Positions 17,328 to 25,049 of a DNA stretch of 31,305 nucleotides are shown here, piece by piece. The notes under the pieces were generated by a model. It was not told the DNA's origin. It ran no database searches and saw only the letters and a list, made by a program, of their open reading frames with translations. Source of the DNA: a virus (taxonomy: Duplodnaviria; Caudoviricetes). A program made the translations under genes and the position numbers. The stretch's first letter is position 1, and each line of letters opens with the position of its first letter. The stretch lies in IMG/VR virus record IMGVR_UViG_3300020042_000343, positions 1 through 31,305 of that record; one strand, written 5' to 3'.

Positions 17328-17946
17328 ATGAAAGTGTGGCTACAACAGATTGAGTAGAAGGCTTAGTAGGTGTTCCAGAAGCGTTAAGGTGCTGGATGGT
17401 TACAGCAACGTTAGGCACAGACCAGTAAATCTCAACGTGATCGCCTGCGGCCATATTTAAAAAATAGTTCCAACCAATAATTGCGTGACCATCTGTTCCT
17501 GCGTGTCTGTTTGGCACAGATACAAAACCTGTTGACCCCGTAATGTCTACGCCGTTTTGACGCAGCCAGATGTAGACATCTTGGAAGGCTGTGTCTGTGT
17601 TTACAAACTGTGCGCTAAACTGCAGGTTGTATATACCCGCATACTCCACAATAATCTCAGAGTTGTTAATTCTTACACCGTTAGCAAAGTCCGTGGTGTT
17701 AAATGTCATCAATGTAGCGGTATTTGCTGTAGTTGTTTGATCTTGGTCACTAGAAAACGCCCCATACGGGAAAGCCAAATATCTGCCCCCGGCATTACCC
17801 ATTATTTCGCTAAATGAATTACGTATTTGATTAAAATACAAACGCAAAATGTTTGTAAACTGATCCTGATACCGACGCTCGTATTGATCTGTACCTAATG
17901 GTAAGTTAGGTACTCCGGGGTTGATAAGGCGATTTGGCAGGGCCAT
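17305..17946 (-). CDS. virion protein (tail needle/plug position) with C1q/TNF-like beta domain
   Basis: An N-terminal helix (QFTNILRLYFNQ) is followed by YGAF...GIYNLQFSAQF...WLRQNG...GDHVEIYW. It lies directly after the tail hub gene. Confidence 0.55.
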   Translation of the reverse strand: MALPNRLINPGVPNLPLGTDQYERRYQDQFTNILRLYFNQIRNSFSEIMGNAGGRYLAFPYGAFSSDQDQTTTANTATLMTFNTTDFANGVRINNSEIIVEYAGIYNLQFSAQFVNTDTAFQDVYIWLRQNGVDITGSTGFVSVPNRHAGTDGHAIIGWNYFLNMAAGDHVEIYWSVPNVAVTIQHLNASGTPTKPSTQSVVATLSFVSAPTA

Positions 17947-20048
17947 TATCTACGTCCGTCTTGGCGAATATCAATACGAGGCGCACCCAACTGCCACGTC
18001 GTACCAACTTGGTTAGATTCAATCTTGAAGATCATCTGGCGACCACGCATACGAGTATAGATTTGCCCTGTGAACTCTTCAGTAATTACATACGTAGAAC
18101 TGCTTGCCACTGCCGCACCGGCGTTACTTGTAGAACCTGAACCAGAGTTAGTCAGGCCATACAAAGTCATCGCCACTTGTGGGTCTGCATTGGTGGACGA
18201 ATTGACAGAATTAGAGAACGTTAAGTCAGGCAGCACGCGCCACACAAAACCAAAGTTATGCCCGTCACCAATATCAAACTCAGACGAGGAGATGTAAGCG
18301 TTGATTGGAGCAGTTGTAGCTGTTGTGTTGTCGTCGATACCATCTTCATGGTTAACAAGATTTTGATCAAGCGTAGCAGCTACTGGATAAGAACGCAGGC
18401 CAGAATCAATCCAAGCCGTGCGACCCATAGTGCCATAAGACCAGGCGCGCTCTAAGTAATTATAGATAACATATCTATCTACTTGAGTGCTGTTTGCGGA
18501 GCAGTAGAACCACCAGATTTCATTAAAGCCTTCGTTAGTACCACAGAATACTTGCTGGTTCTGTTCTTGATTAAAGTCGTTAAAAATGTAACGGCGCAGG
18601 TCACAGTTAAGTGTCTGTACGCGGCCATCATAGGCGTAGAACTTATCAACGCCCATCCAGTAGATGATGCCTGATGCAATACCAGCGGCGTTAGGGCCCA
18701 TGATAGAAATATTGTCACCTAAGATTTGCGTTTGCCATATATATGGAGGGCCAAGGTACTGCATAGAGTAAACGGCAGAATCAGTAAACACAATAATCTC
18801 TTGGCGAGTCTGTACAGTTGTAATAATCTCTGAGCCATGCGATATCTGAATACTACCTGCTTGATTAGTAGCATTAGGCGTCCAGTTGTAGAGGTCGTCT
18901 TGATTAGACCAACGAATTAACATTGGGTTAAGAGTTGCGCTACCGTAGTCGTTACAGCCAAACGCAAGTACAAAACGCGATGTATCAGAAACAGTAAAGG
19001 TATTAACAACTGTTGGTACATCAACAATCAACGAGATATAAACAGCCGTGCCCGTACTAGATGCGTTGATTAAGGTGCCCGCTGAGTTAGCAATGTTAAA
19101 AGTCAAACCGTCTACGTTAGTTACGTAGTATGTTGTATTAGCTGAAACGCCTGTCGGCATAGCAGTAGTAGCGTTAAATTGCAGTGCTGCGCCTTCAGTA
19201 AATACAGTAGTAGCCGTCACAACAGTAGGTGATGCGTTTGTAAACGTAACATTACCGCCATCCGCATTAAGCAGTGTGCCGCGAGTTGACGTAGATGTAT
19301 TCGCATCCCAGTAATAGATACCGCCACCACGGGGACCAAACAATAAGTTTTGCCCGTAGTTAATCTGGTTCCATATCTGTAGCGACAGAGTATCGGGAGT
19401 GCCAACACCCCAAGGACCCGCGCCCCAAGCGCCAGCGCCCCAGCCAACCAGTGGGAGTTGAAACTCAGGCCCAGCATTAAGTTGGTATGCGGCTACAACA
19501 GAAGCGCCGCCGCCTGGAGAGCCGGCAATAGCTGTAGCGTTAGGCACTACAGAAATCGTAATAGTGTATGTATTGGCGTCAATAACCGTGAGTTGAAACT
19601 CTTGATTAAGTACCGCAGCGGTGACGTTTGTACCACCACTGCCAATATCTACTGCGCCGCTAAAAGTTACAAATGAGCCAGTAGTCGCCCCATGCGCAGT
19701 ATCAGTAACAGTAACTGTGGTTGAAGCAGTTAGCGCAAATGGATTGTTGTTGATTGTTACTGTTGTACGAAGTGGTGTGATGTCGTAGTAGTAACCACCG
19801 CTTTCAATATAGAACTTGGTGTTAGTGCCAACACCCATCAGATTAGCGCCACTTAGTGTGATCCAGTTCCAAAGCGAACGGCATACACCATTAAAAGTGT
19901 TGGGTGAAACACGAGTCCAACCACCAATAGCTTCTGGGTTACCTTGACGAAAACGCACCTTGTCGCACTCGTACCAACCACCTTCAGTTGTGTATCGTGT
20001 GTTCTCCCGGTTGACGCCCGGCTTAAACAGAATTTTTTGTAATGGCAT
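17946..20048 (-). CDS. tail hub / packaged-DNA stabilization protein (P22 gp10 / tail tubular B-like)
   Basis: 700-aa beta-propeller-like sequence (IRWSNQDD, IIVFTDSAVYSMQY, YWMGVDKFYAYDG, EIWWFY, YNYLERAWSYG) ending DIRQDGRR. Confidence 0.75.
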   Translation of the reverse strand: MPLQKILFKPGVNRENTRYTTEGGWYECDKVRFRQGNPEAIGGWTRVSPNTFNGVCRSLWNWITLSGANLMGVGTNTKFYIESGGYYYDITPLRTTVTINNNPFALTASTTVTVTDTAHGATTGSFVTFSGAVDIGSGGTNVTAAVLNQEFQLTVIDANTYTITISVVPNATAIAGSPGGGASVVAAYQLNAGPEFQLPLVGWGAGAWGAGPWGVGTPDTLSLQIWNQINYGQNLLFGPRGGGIYYWDANTSTSTRGTLLNADGGNVTFTNASPTVVTATTVFTEGAALQFNATTAMPTGVSANTTYYVTNVDGLTFNIANSAGTLINASSTGTAVYISLIVDVPTVVNTFTVSDTSRFVLAFGCNDYGSATLNPMLIRWSNQDDLYNWTPNATNQAGSIQISHGSEIITTVQTRQEIIVFTDSAVYSMQYLGPPYIWQTQILGDNISIMGPNAAGIASGIIYWMGVDKFYAYDGRVQTLNCDLRRYIFNDFNQEQNQQVFCGTNEGFNEIWWFYCSANSTQVDRYVIYNYLERAWSYGTMGRTAWIDSGLRSYPVAATLDQNLVNHEDGIDDNTTATTAPINAYISSSEFDIGDGHNFGFVWRVLPDLTFSNSVNSSTNADPQVAMTLYGLTNSGSGSTSNAGAAVASSSTYVITEEFTGQIYTRMRGRQMIFKIESNQVGTTWQLGAPRIDIRQDGRR

Positions 20049-20051
20049 CGG

Positions 20052-20510
20052 TTAATCCAATAGTGCGCACTCTGCTGTGCGGCGTTTTAGTAGCCCCGGC
20101 AAAACTTTGCCGCCACCTCTAGTCCAGAGCATTAGTTGTTCTTTTGCCCCTTCCCAATCATTGGCGTTGATTTTCCTCTTTAACGTGGAAGTCTGCAAGC
20201 GCCCAATGCCCAAGTTGTAACAGAAATCTACGATGGCGTTTAGCTTCCTTGGATCACCTTGAGCCGCAATTATCAAAAGATTTGGGCAATGCCTGACCGC
20301 GCCGGGCGCGTATGTATGCAGAAGTTCCGCCATCAATAACGCTCTGGCTGTTGGCTCATCCATTGGCGGGTCTTCTAGCGTTACCTTACGACCATCAGCG
20401 TAGTAGGTAGAACCATACCCAATCGTGGCTACATTAGCCGGACACAGGTACGGTTTGGCCCGATAGCCTTCAAACCGGCGGCACAGTTCTGCGGCTAGTT
20501 CTAGGTTCAT
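20052..20510 (-). CDS. endolysin, T4-lysozyme-like (GH24) muramidase
   Basis: FEGYRAKPYLCPANVATIGYGST gives an E-X8-C-X5-T triad. Also FCYNLG and LPGLLKRRTAE. Confidence 0.92.
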   Translation of the reverse strand: MNLELAAELCRRFEGYRAKPYLCPANVATIGYGSTYYADGRKVTLEDPPMDEPTARALLMAELLHTYAPGAVRHCPNLLIIAAQGDPRKLNAIVDFCYNLGIGRLQTSTLKRKINANDWEGAKEQLMLWTRGGGKVLPGLLKRRTAECALLD

Positions 20511-21001
20511 AGGCCACGCTGCTTGAGAGTACGGTCAAGGAACCAGTAGTTAATGGTGCCAGACACTAAAGCACAGAAGTCCACGGTCATCATAGTCTTG
20601 AACACGACTTCAGGAGAAGCACCTGCGCGGTGGGCTTGCCAAGCAAACCAGATGTGAATGAATGACCACAGCAACATAATCCAATATGTCACCACGGGAC
20701 GCACGGATGCAGACAGACTAGCCGCCCAACCACCCGCAGCTTTAACCATCTCGGCTTGTTGATTGATCGCGGCATTGAAGGCATCCATGACACCTACATC
20801 AATAGCGGCATCCCGCTGCGCACCAATCTCGGCTAACTTTTGCGCCCCACGAATCTGCTCTAACTCGCACTGACGGCTGAACATAGCCATCTCATGCTCA
20901 CGCTCGTTCTTCTTGTCAAAGTACTTCAGGACTTCAGGAGCCAGACGAAACAGGCCACCAATCAAGCCACCGAATACACCGCCGCCAATTAGTTCAAACA
21001 T
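20507..21001 (-). CDS. holin-like membrane protein (GTA 3TM-holin-like)
   Basis: Hydrophobic N-terminus, a coiled region, SVRPVVTY plus a TM segment, and a second TM ending YWFLDR. It has an ATGA overlap with the endolysin. Confidence 0.65.
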   Translation of the reverse strand: MFELIGGGVFGGLIGGLFRLAPEVLKYFDKKNEREHEMAMFSRQCELEQIRGAQKLAEIGAQRDAAIDVGVMDAFNAAINQQAEMVKAAGGWAASLSASVRPVVTYWIMLLWSFIHIWFAWQAHRAGASPEVVFKTMMTVDFCALVSGTINYWFLDRTLKQRGL

Positions 21002-21467
21002 TTGATTCCTTAATCGTAAACATTAGATTTTTGTGTGACGGGTAGTTCACAATTACTTCACCCTCGGGGCACTTGTATTTGATGTGCGCCATCAACGTAG
21101 CAACGCCGGGTGTCACTTGTGAAGTGGTATCAAGTTTGAACTTGTACCCAAACTTATCCACTGTGTCGCTGGCTGGCCCAGAAAACGTTGCAATACTAGG
21201 CTTGGCAGGATGTACAACCAACTCAGAGTCCCGCACCTCTAGCTTGAATGATGTAACTTCGCAGTTATCTCTAATTTTCTGGCGGGCCACTACAACTTTG
21301 AATTCGCCGTTTGCAGGCGCATCCGATATTTGAAAATGCTCTGGCGACCATTTAAGGATGTCTTTATGGAACACGCCAAACTTGTCGGCAAGCGTATAAC
21401 CACCGCCAATCATGGCAGTTGAAGCAGTTACCGCACCAATAATTTTGGTGTAATACTCAAGTTCCAT
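20994..21467 (-). CDS. membrane-anchored protein in the lysis cassette
   Basis: The probable start is the ATG at 21467 (MELEYY), just after the stop of the upstream small ORF. It has an N-terminal hydrophobic stretch and a beta-rich domain with two Cys. Confidence 0.6.
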   Translation of the reverse strand: MELEYYTKIIGAVTASTAMIGGGYTLADKFGVFHKDILKWSPEHFQISDAPANGEFKVVVARQKIRDNCEVTSFKLEVRDSELVVHPAKPSIATFSGPASDTVDKFGYKFKLDTTSQVTPGVATLMAHIKYKCPEGEVIVNYPSHKNLMFTIKESNV

Positions 21468-21468
21468 A

Positions 21469-21561
21469 TCAACCCAAACTCCATGCAATCATGTACGTTC
21501 CAAAAACCACAAAGGCCACCATACAGGCCGCCGCAATGAATGCTTCAGCCCAATCTTTCAT
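21469..21561 (-). CDS. 30-aa single-TM microprotein (absent from the ORF track)
   Basis: MKDWAEAFIAAACMVAFVVFGTYMIAWSLG* fills the gap exactly, with 1-nt spacers to both neighbours. Confidence 0.65.
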   Translation of the reverse strand: MKDWAEAFIAAACMVAFVVFGTYMIAWSLG

Positions 21562-21562
21562 G

Positions 21563-22147
21563 CTATGTTTCTTGCGTCAAAAATATAGAGTTAACTACTA
21601 ACCTATTTTTAGAGTTCTTTGGTACTTGCCCCGCATGAATTATTGATGAATCAAACAAAACAGCCGTCCCTTTTTTAGGGGACACCCGCTGTCTTTCAGT
21701 CAAAGTACCGTTAAATTCTTTTGAAGACTCTTCAAAAAATATTGTATCCCCGTCAGAATCATTTGCGTAATAAATCATGGAGATGCCTTTTACCTTTTCG
21801 TCATCCAAGTCTGTATGTGGATAGGTATGGGTGCCTTCTGGCACAGCAATAGGCAATGTCATGTTACTTTTGCAACGCCAAAACTTTAATGATTCATATC
21901 CATGTACGGCCATGAAATACAAAAATGGGTAGATCAAAGGGTAATAATTAGAGGTGGGTTGCCCATCCGCCAAAAATCTATGCACAAATTGAGAAGTATC
22001 AAAACAGTTTTTATCCGCAAAAGTACCGGGCACCCCGGGGGTACTTGTATGCGGCAAATATGACCACGCAAAATCAAACTCTGACAGTTGTTCCTCCAAC
22101 TGATCTTGGAAAACTTTAGGCACAAAATTGTCAATAACTCTAATCAT
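21563..22147 (-). CDS. 2OG-Fe(II) dioxygenase superfamily protein
   Basis: HTD (HxD), IYYANDSDGDT, PKKGTAVLFDSSIIHAG (distal His) and NRLVVN (2OG-binding Arg). Confidence 0.85.
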   Translation of the reverse strand: MIRVIDNFVPKVFQDQLEEQLSEFDFAWSYLPHTSTPGVPGTFADKNCFDTSQFVHRFLADGQPTSNYYPLIYPFLYFMAVHGYESLKFWRCKSNMTLPIAVPEGTHTYPHTDLDDEKVKGISMIYYANDSDGDTIFFEESSKEFNGTLTERQRVSPKKGTAVLFDSSIIHAGQVPKNSKNRLVVNSIFLTQET

Positions 22148-22149
22148 TT

Positions 22150-22506
22150 TTATTTTTGTTGGGTCAAAGGAAACGCCGCCATTAAAGATTTTGCATGATT
22201 TACATCAATGTCTTGGGGGGCAACATCGTCAACGTCGTCTCCGTCTCTAATAGCATGAACGCAACAAATTAAAACATTGTCTTCAAGGGCCGTAAATTTA
22301 TGCGTGATGCCTTTTGGAGTCACTATTAGTTGAGGCGCTTTAAATGTATTACTACCATTATCGTGCTCCATCAAAACCGACCCAGAAGAGAGCAGTGTGA
22401 TGTGGTCAAATGTGTGGGCATGTCCTTTAATGATGTCACCGCTCTTAGGCATGTGCATCATTTTTACAAACACGTTATCGACCAACAATATTTGTGAAGT
22501 CTCCAT
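22150..22506 (-). CDS. cupin (RmlC-like) metal-binding protein, paralog of 16921-17271
   Basis: GHAHTFDHITLLSSG...PKGITHKF...CCVH. Confidence 0.8.
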   Translation of the reverse strand: METSQILLVDNVFVKMMHMPKSGDIIKGHAHTFDHITLLSSGSVLMEHDNGSNTFKAPQLIVTPKGITHKFTALEDNVLICCVHAIRDGDDVDDVAPQDIDVNHAKSLMAAFPLTQQK

Positions 22507-22514
22507 AAGTTACC

Positions 22515-22862
22515 TTAAACCCGCGCAACTAACCATGGGGGCATAAGCGATACCACGGGAGGATTGATTTGTTCGTCAAGCAGCATTTGCAAACGTTCTT
22601 CAACAGCTTTTTTATTTAACCCATCAGAAGTCGCCCACCTATATACATCTTCTTCAGTAAGCGCGTTGAACGGTATAAAAGTTCCATGCGGATCAAACTG
22701 CCCGGGTGAACTAGTGCCCATTGTTTCTTGTGTAAAAACTTTGCCATTTATATCTGCTCTAGCCTTACACATCCATTCAATTTGAATGACAACGTTTTGT
22801 TTCGCCGCAAGTTCGGGTTTACACATCAAATGTGTGATAGACCATGTAAAAGTTGTGCTCAT
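22515..22862 (-). CDS. small tail-fibre-associated protein (possible assembly chaperone)
   Basis: TFTWSI...FIPFNALTEEDVYRW...PPW pattern, typical of genes following fibre genes. RBS AAGGA. Confidence 0.55.
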   Translation of the reverse strand: MSTTFTWSITHLMCKPELAAKQNVVIQIEWMCKARADINGKVFTQETMGTSSPGQFDPHGTFIPFNALTEEDVYRWATSDGLNKKAVEERLQMLLDEQINPPVVSLMPPWLVARV

Positions 22863-22878
22863 AATTTTTCCTTGTTAA

Positions 22879-24123
22879 TTAAGAAGCGGTGCCAATACCG
22901 ACTGAATTTGGAACATACTTTGGAGTAATAATTTGAGTAGAAGTTAGCGCGTCCCACGTAATGCCATTACTTGAGTCGGTTGCAATCATATTTGTTTTCG
23001 TTGCAGAGATTGTTGTGCCAGTAATGTTAATTACAAACTGATTACCGTATTCTCCACGTACAGAAGCAAGGGTTGAACTAGCATTCATCATTTTGCAGAA
23101 ACTACTTGCAGGGACACGGCCAGCAATAAAGCCAAAATTACGGACTGTGCCACCGCTTAGTGATGCCCCAGATTGGTCAACCATTTGACAGCCTACATTG
23201 TCCCCAGAAAGGCCATTACCTGTAACCAAATAACGATTAGCCGTTGAAGATATTGATACACCTGAACCGGCGTTATAGTACCCCGGTGCGGTTAAATAAC
23301 TTCCACCAATTGTGGCAGTTGTACCCGATACAGTGATTGGATATGCGCGGTTGTTGTACATAACAATTGCTGTTGTAGAAGACCCAGCAGCCGTAGTAAT
23401 GTTATATCCTGAATTAGATGTAACCCCGCCTGTACTTAGGGAAGCAACAGTTCCAGAACTTATCGTATCGCCGCTTCTTGTTACTACCGCTGCTTTTACA
23501 GAACCAGCAGTCCATTCAGCCATACCAACAAGATATGTTGTAGAAGTTAGGATACCTTGTGTTCTTCCCACTGATTGAGAAGACCCACCAAAAAGAGTTG
23601 AACCAACAGGTGTAGGAGATGTACCTACAAGTTTAATTAAGTTTAAACCGCCTGTACCTCTAGATAGAAGTGCATACGTACCATCAATACCTGTTGAGCC
23701 ACGAATCCTAGTACTATCTTGTTGGCCCGTAAATAACGTTACTTGCGCGGACGCAGTAATAGTAGTACCAGATACAGTTACATATCTAGCAAATAAACTA
23801 CAGGTGCCTGACTTGTTATCAAAATTAGCGTTGTAAAAAATAATGGCGCTAGTAGAAGATAATCTAGCCGCTGACGCAAAATTATCATTAGATGACGTAC
23901 TCATTTGAACAGTGGTGCCAAGCGTAAACGTAGTAGCCGCGCTGCTTTTACCATAGAAGTTAGTTGGCATTATGATGGTGCCCGTTGGGACAGCGGCCAA
24001 TGTCCGAACATTTGTATCATTTAAAGAAATCTGCCCGGTAGCAGATACTCCTAACTCTAAAGCAATAGATTGCCCAGCAGTGGACCCCGCAAGACTGATT
24101 GGGCCAGAAGCATTAAGTGCCAT
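22879..24123 (-). CDS. putative tail fibre tip / receptor-binding adhesin
   Basis: An N-terminal module (SGPISL...ISLND..VRTLA.VP.G.I..PTNFYGKS) is followed by Ser/Thr/Gly-rich repeated beta units (VSGTTIT). Confidence 0.6.
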   Translation of the reverse strand: MALNASGPISLAGSTAGQSIALELGVSATGQISLNDTNVRTLAAVPTGTIIMPTNFYGKSSAATTFTLGTTVQMSTSSNDNFASAARLSSTSAIIFYNANFDNKSGTCSLFARYVTVSGTTITASAQVTLFTGQQDSTRIRGSTGIDGTYALLSRGTGGLNLIKLVGTSPTPVGSTLFGGSSQSVGRTQGILTSTTYLVGMAEWTAGSVKAAVVTRSGDTISSGTVASLSTGGVTSNSGYNITTAAGSSTTAIVMYNNRAYPITVSGTTATIGGSYLTAPGYYNAGSGVSISSTANRYLVTGNGLSGDNVGCQMVDQSGASLSGGTVRNFGFIAGRVPASSFCKMMNASSTLASVRGEYGNQFVINITGTTISATKTNMIATDSSNGITWDALTSTQIITPKYVPNSVGIGTAS

Positions 24124-24132
24124 GTGTAGTCC

Positions 24133-25047
24133 TTAAGGTGTGCCGTAAGCTGTTACGTTTGCAAGGGTAGTCAAGTTACCGCTGCTGTCCATGCTGGCAA
24201 TTGTAGTAGCGCCGTATTTAAAAACCAAGACCCCACCAATCTCAGAAATAGTGAAGTTGGTCGTTTGGAGCAAGGGGGCGCTGGTTGCGATACCGTAGAT
24301 GTTACCTGTACCACCATTAGCGATTGGCAGTGCCCCGCTCAACGAAATGTTTGGTGTGGTCCCACCAGACGAAGCCAAAGGAGCCGACGCTGTTACGCTT
24401 GTAACCGTACCTGAAGATACCCCAATGGCTGTTCTAAAAGAAGCCGCATCCAAAGACGAGACTGAATTGTCTGCGTTAAATTGAGGGAAAGTAACCGCGC
24501 TTGGGTTTGTAATGGTAAACAGGTTTGCGCCAAGGGTTGTCGCGCCAAGATTGGTACGCGCCGCCGATGCGGTTGACGCGCCTGTACCACCTTCAGTAAC
24601 CGCCAAGTCTGTGCCAAGCGTCAGGGAAGTCAGATAGGTAATCGCTGCGCCAACATCGACACCATCGTTATAAACAATGCAACCTTTACCGTTGGGAATT
24701 GATACGCCCGTCAGACCACTAACTTTGACTGTGACGGCAAAACCTCCAACAGAATTGTTTAAAACCAAATAAGGCTTCTCAATTGCTGGGACGTTGACTG
24801 TACCCGCTGCGCTCAATGTGGCTGTGATATTTAGACAAAACGCACGAAAGTCCTGCGCGTTAGGGGTGTTGGTAGCAGTTAATGTAGCGACATTAGAAAT
24901 AAAATCGCCTGTATCAAGTGTAGCCATACCCGCAATAGCCTGCTCAATCGCGGTACCAATGTTGGTATTGGTGATGCCGCCCCATTGCCCACTAGAGCCG
25001 GCGACCTCAATGATCTCAAACTTAAGATCGGAATACGTGCTTGACAT
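24133..25047 (-). CDS. tail fibre-like virion protein
   Basis: Fibre repeats LAVTEGGTGASTASAARTNLG, GTVTSV and LPIANGGTG. Confidence 0.7.
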   Translation of the reverse strand: MSSTYSDLKFEIIEVAGSSGQWGGITNTNIGTAIEQAIAGMATLDTGDFISNVATLTATNTPNAQDFRAFCLNITATLSAAGTVNVPAIEKPYLVLNNSVGGFAVTVKVSGLTGVSIPNGKGCIVYNDGVDVGAAITYLTSLTLGTDLAVTEGGTGASTASAARTNLGATTLGANLFTITNPSAVTFPQFNADNSVSSLDAASFRTAIGVSSGTVTSVTASAPLASSGGTTPNISLSGALPIANGGTGNIYGIATSAPLLQTTNFTISEIGGVLVFKYGATTIASMDSSGNLTTLANVTAYGTP

Positions 25048-25049
25048 AG

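Noticed and set aside
21520-21561. IAAAC as a lipobox (o-spanin) in the 30-aa ORF
   Set aside because: The segment before the Cys is too short and acidic for a signal peptide II, and the hydrophobic stretch lies after the Cys.
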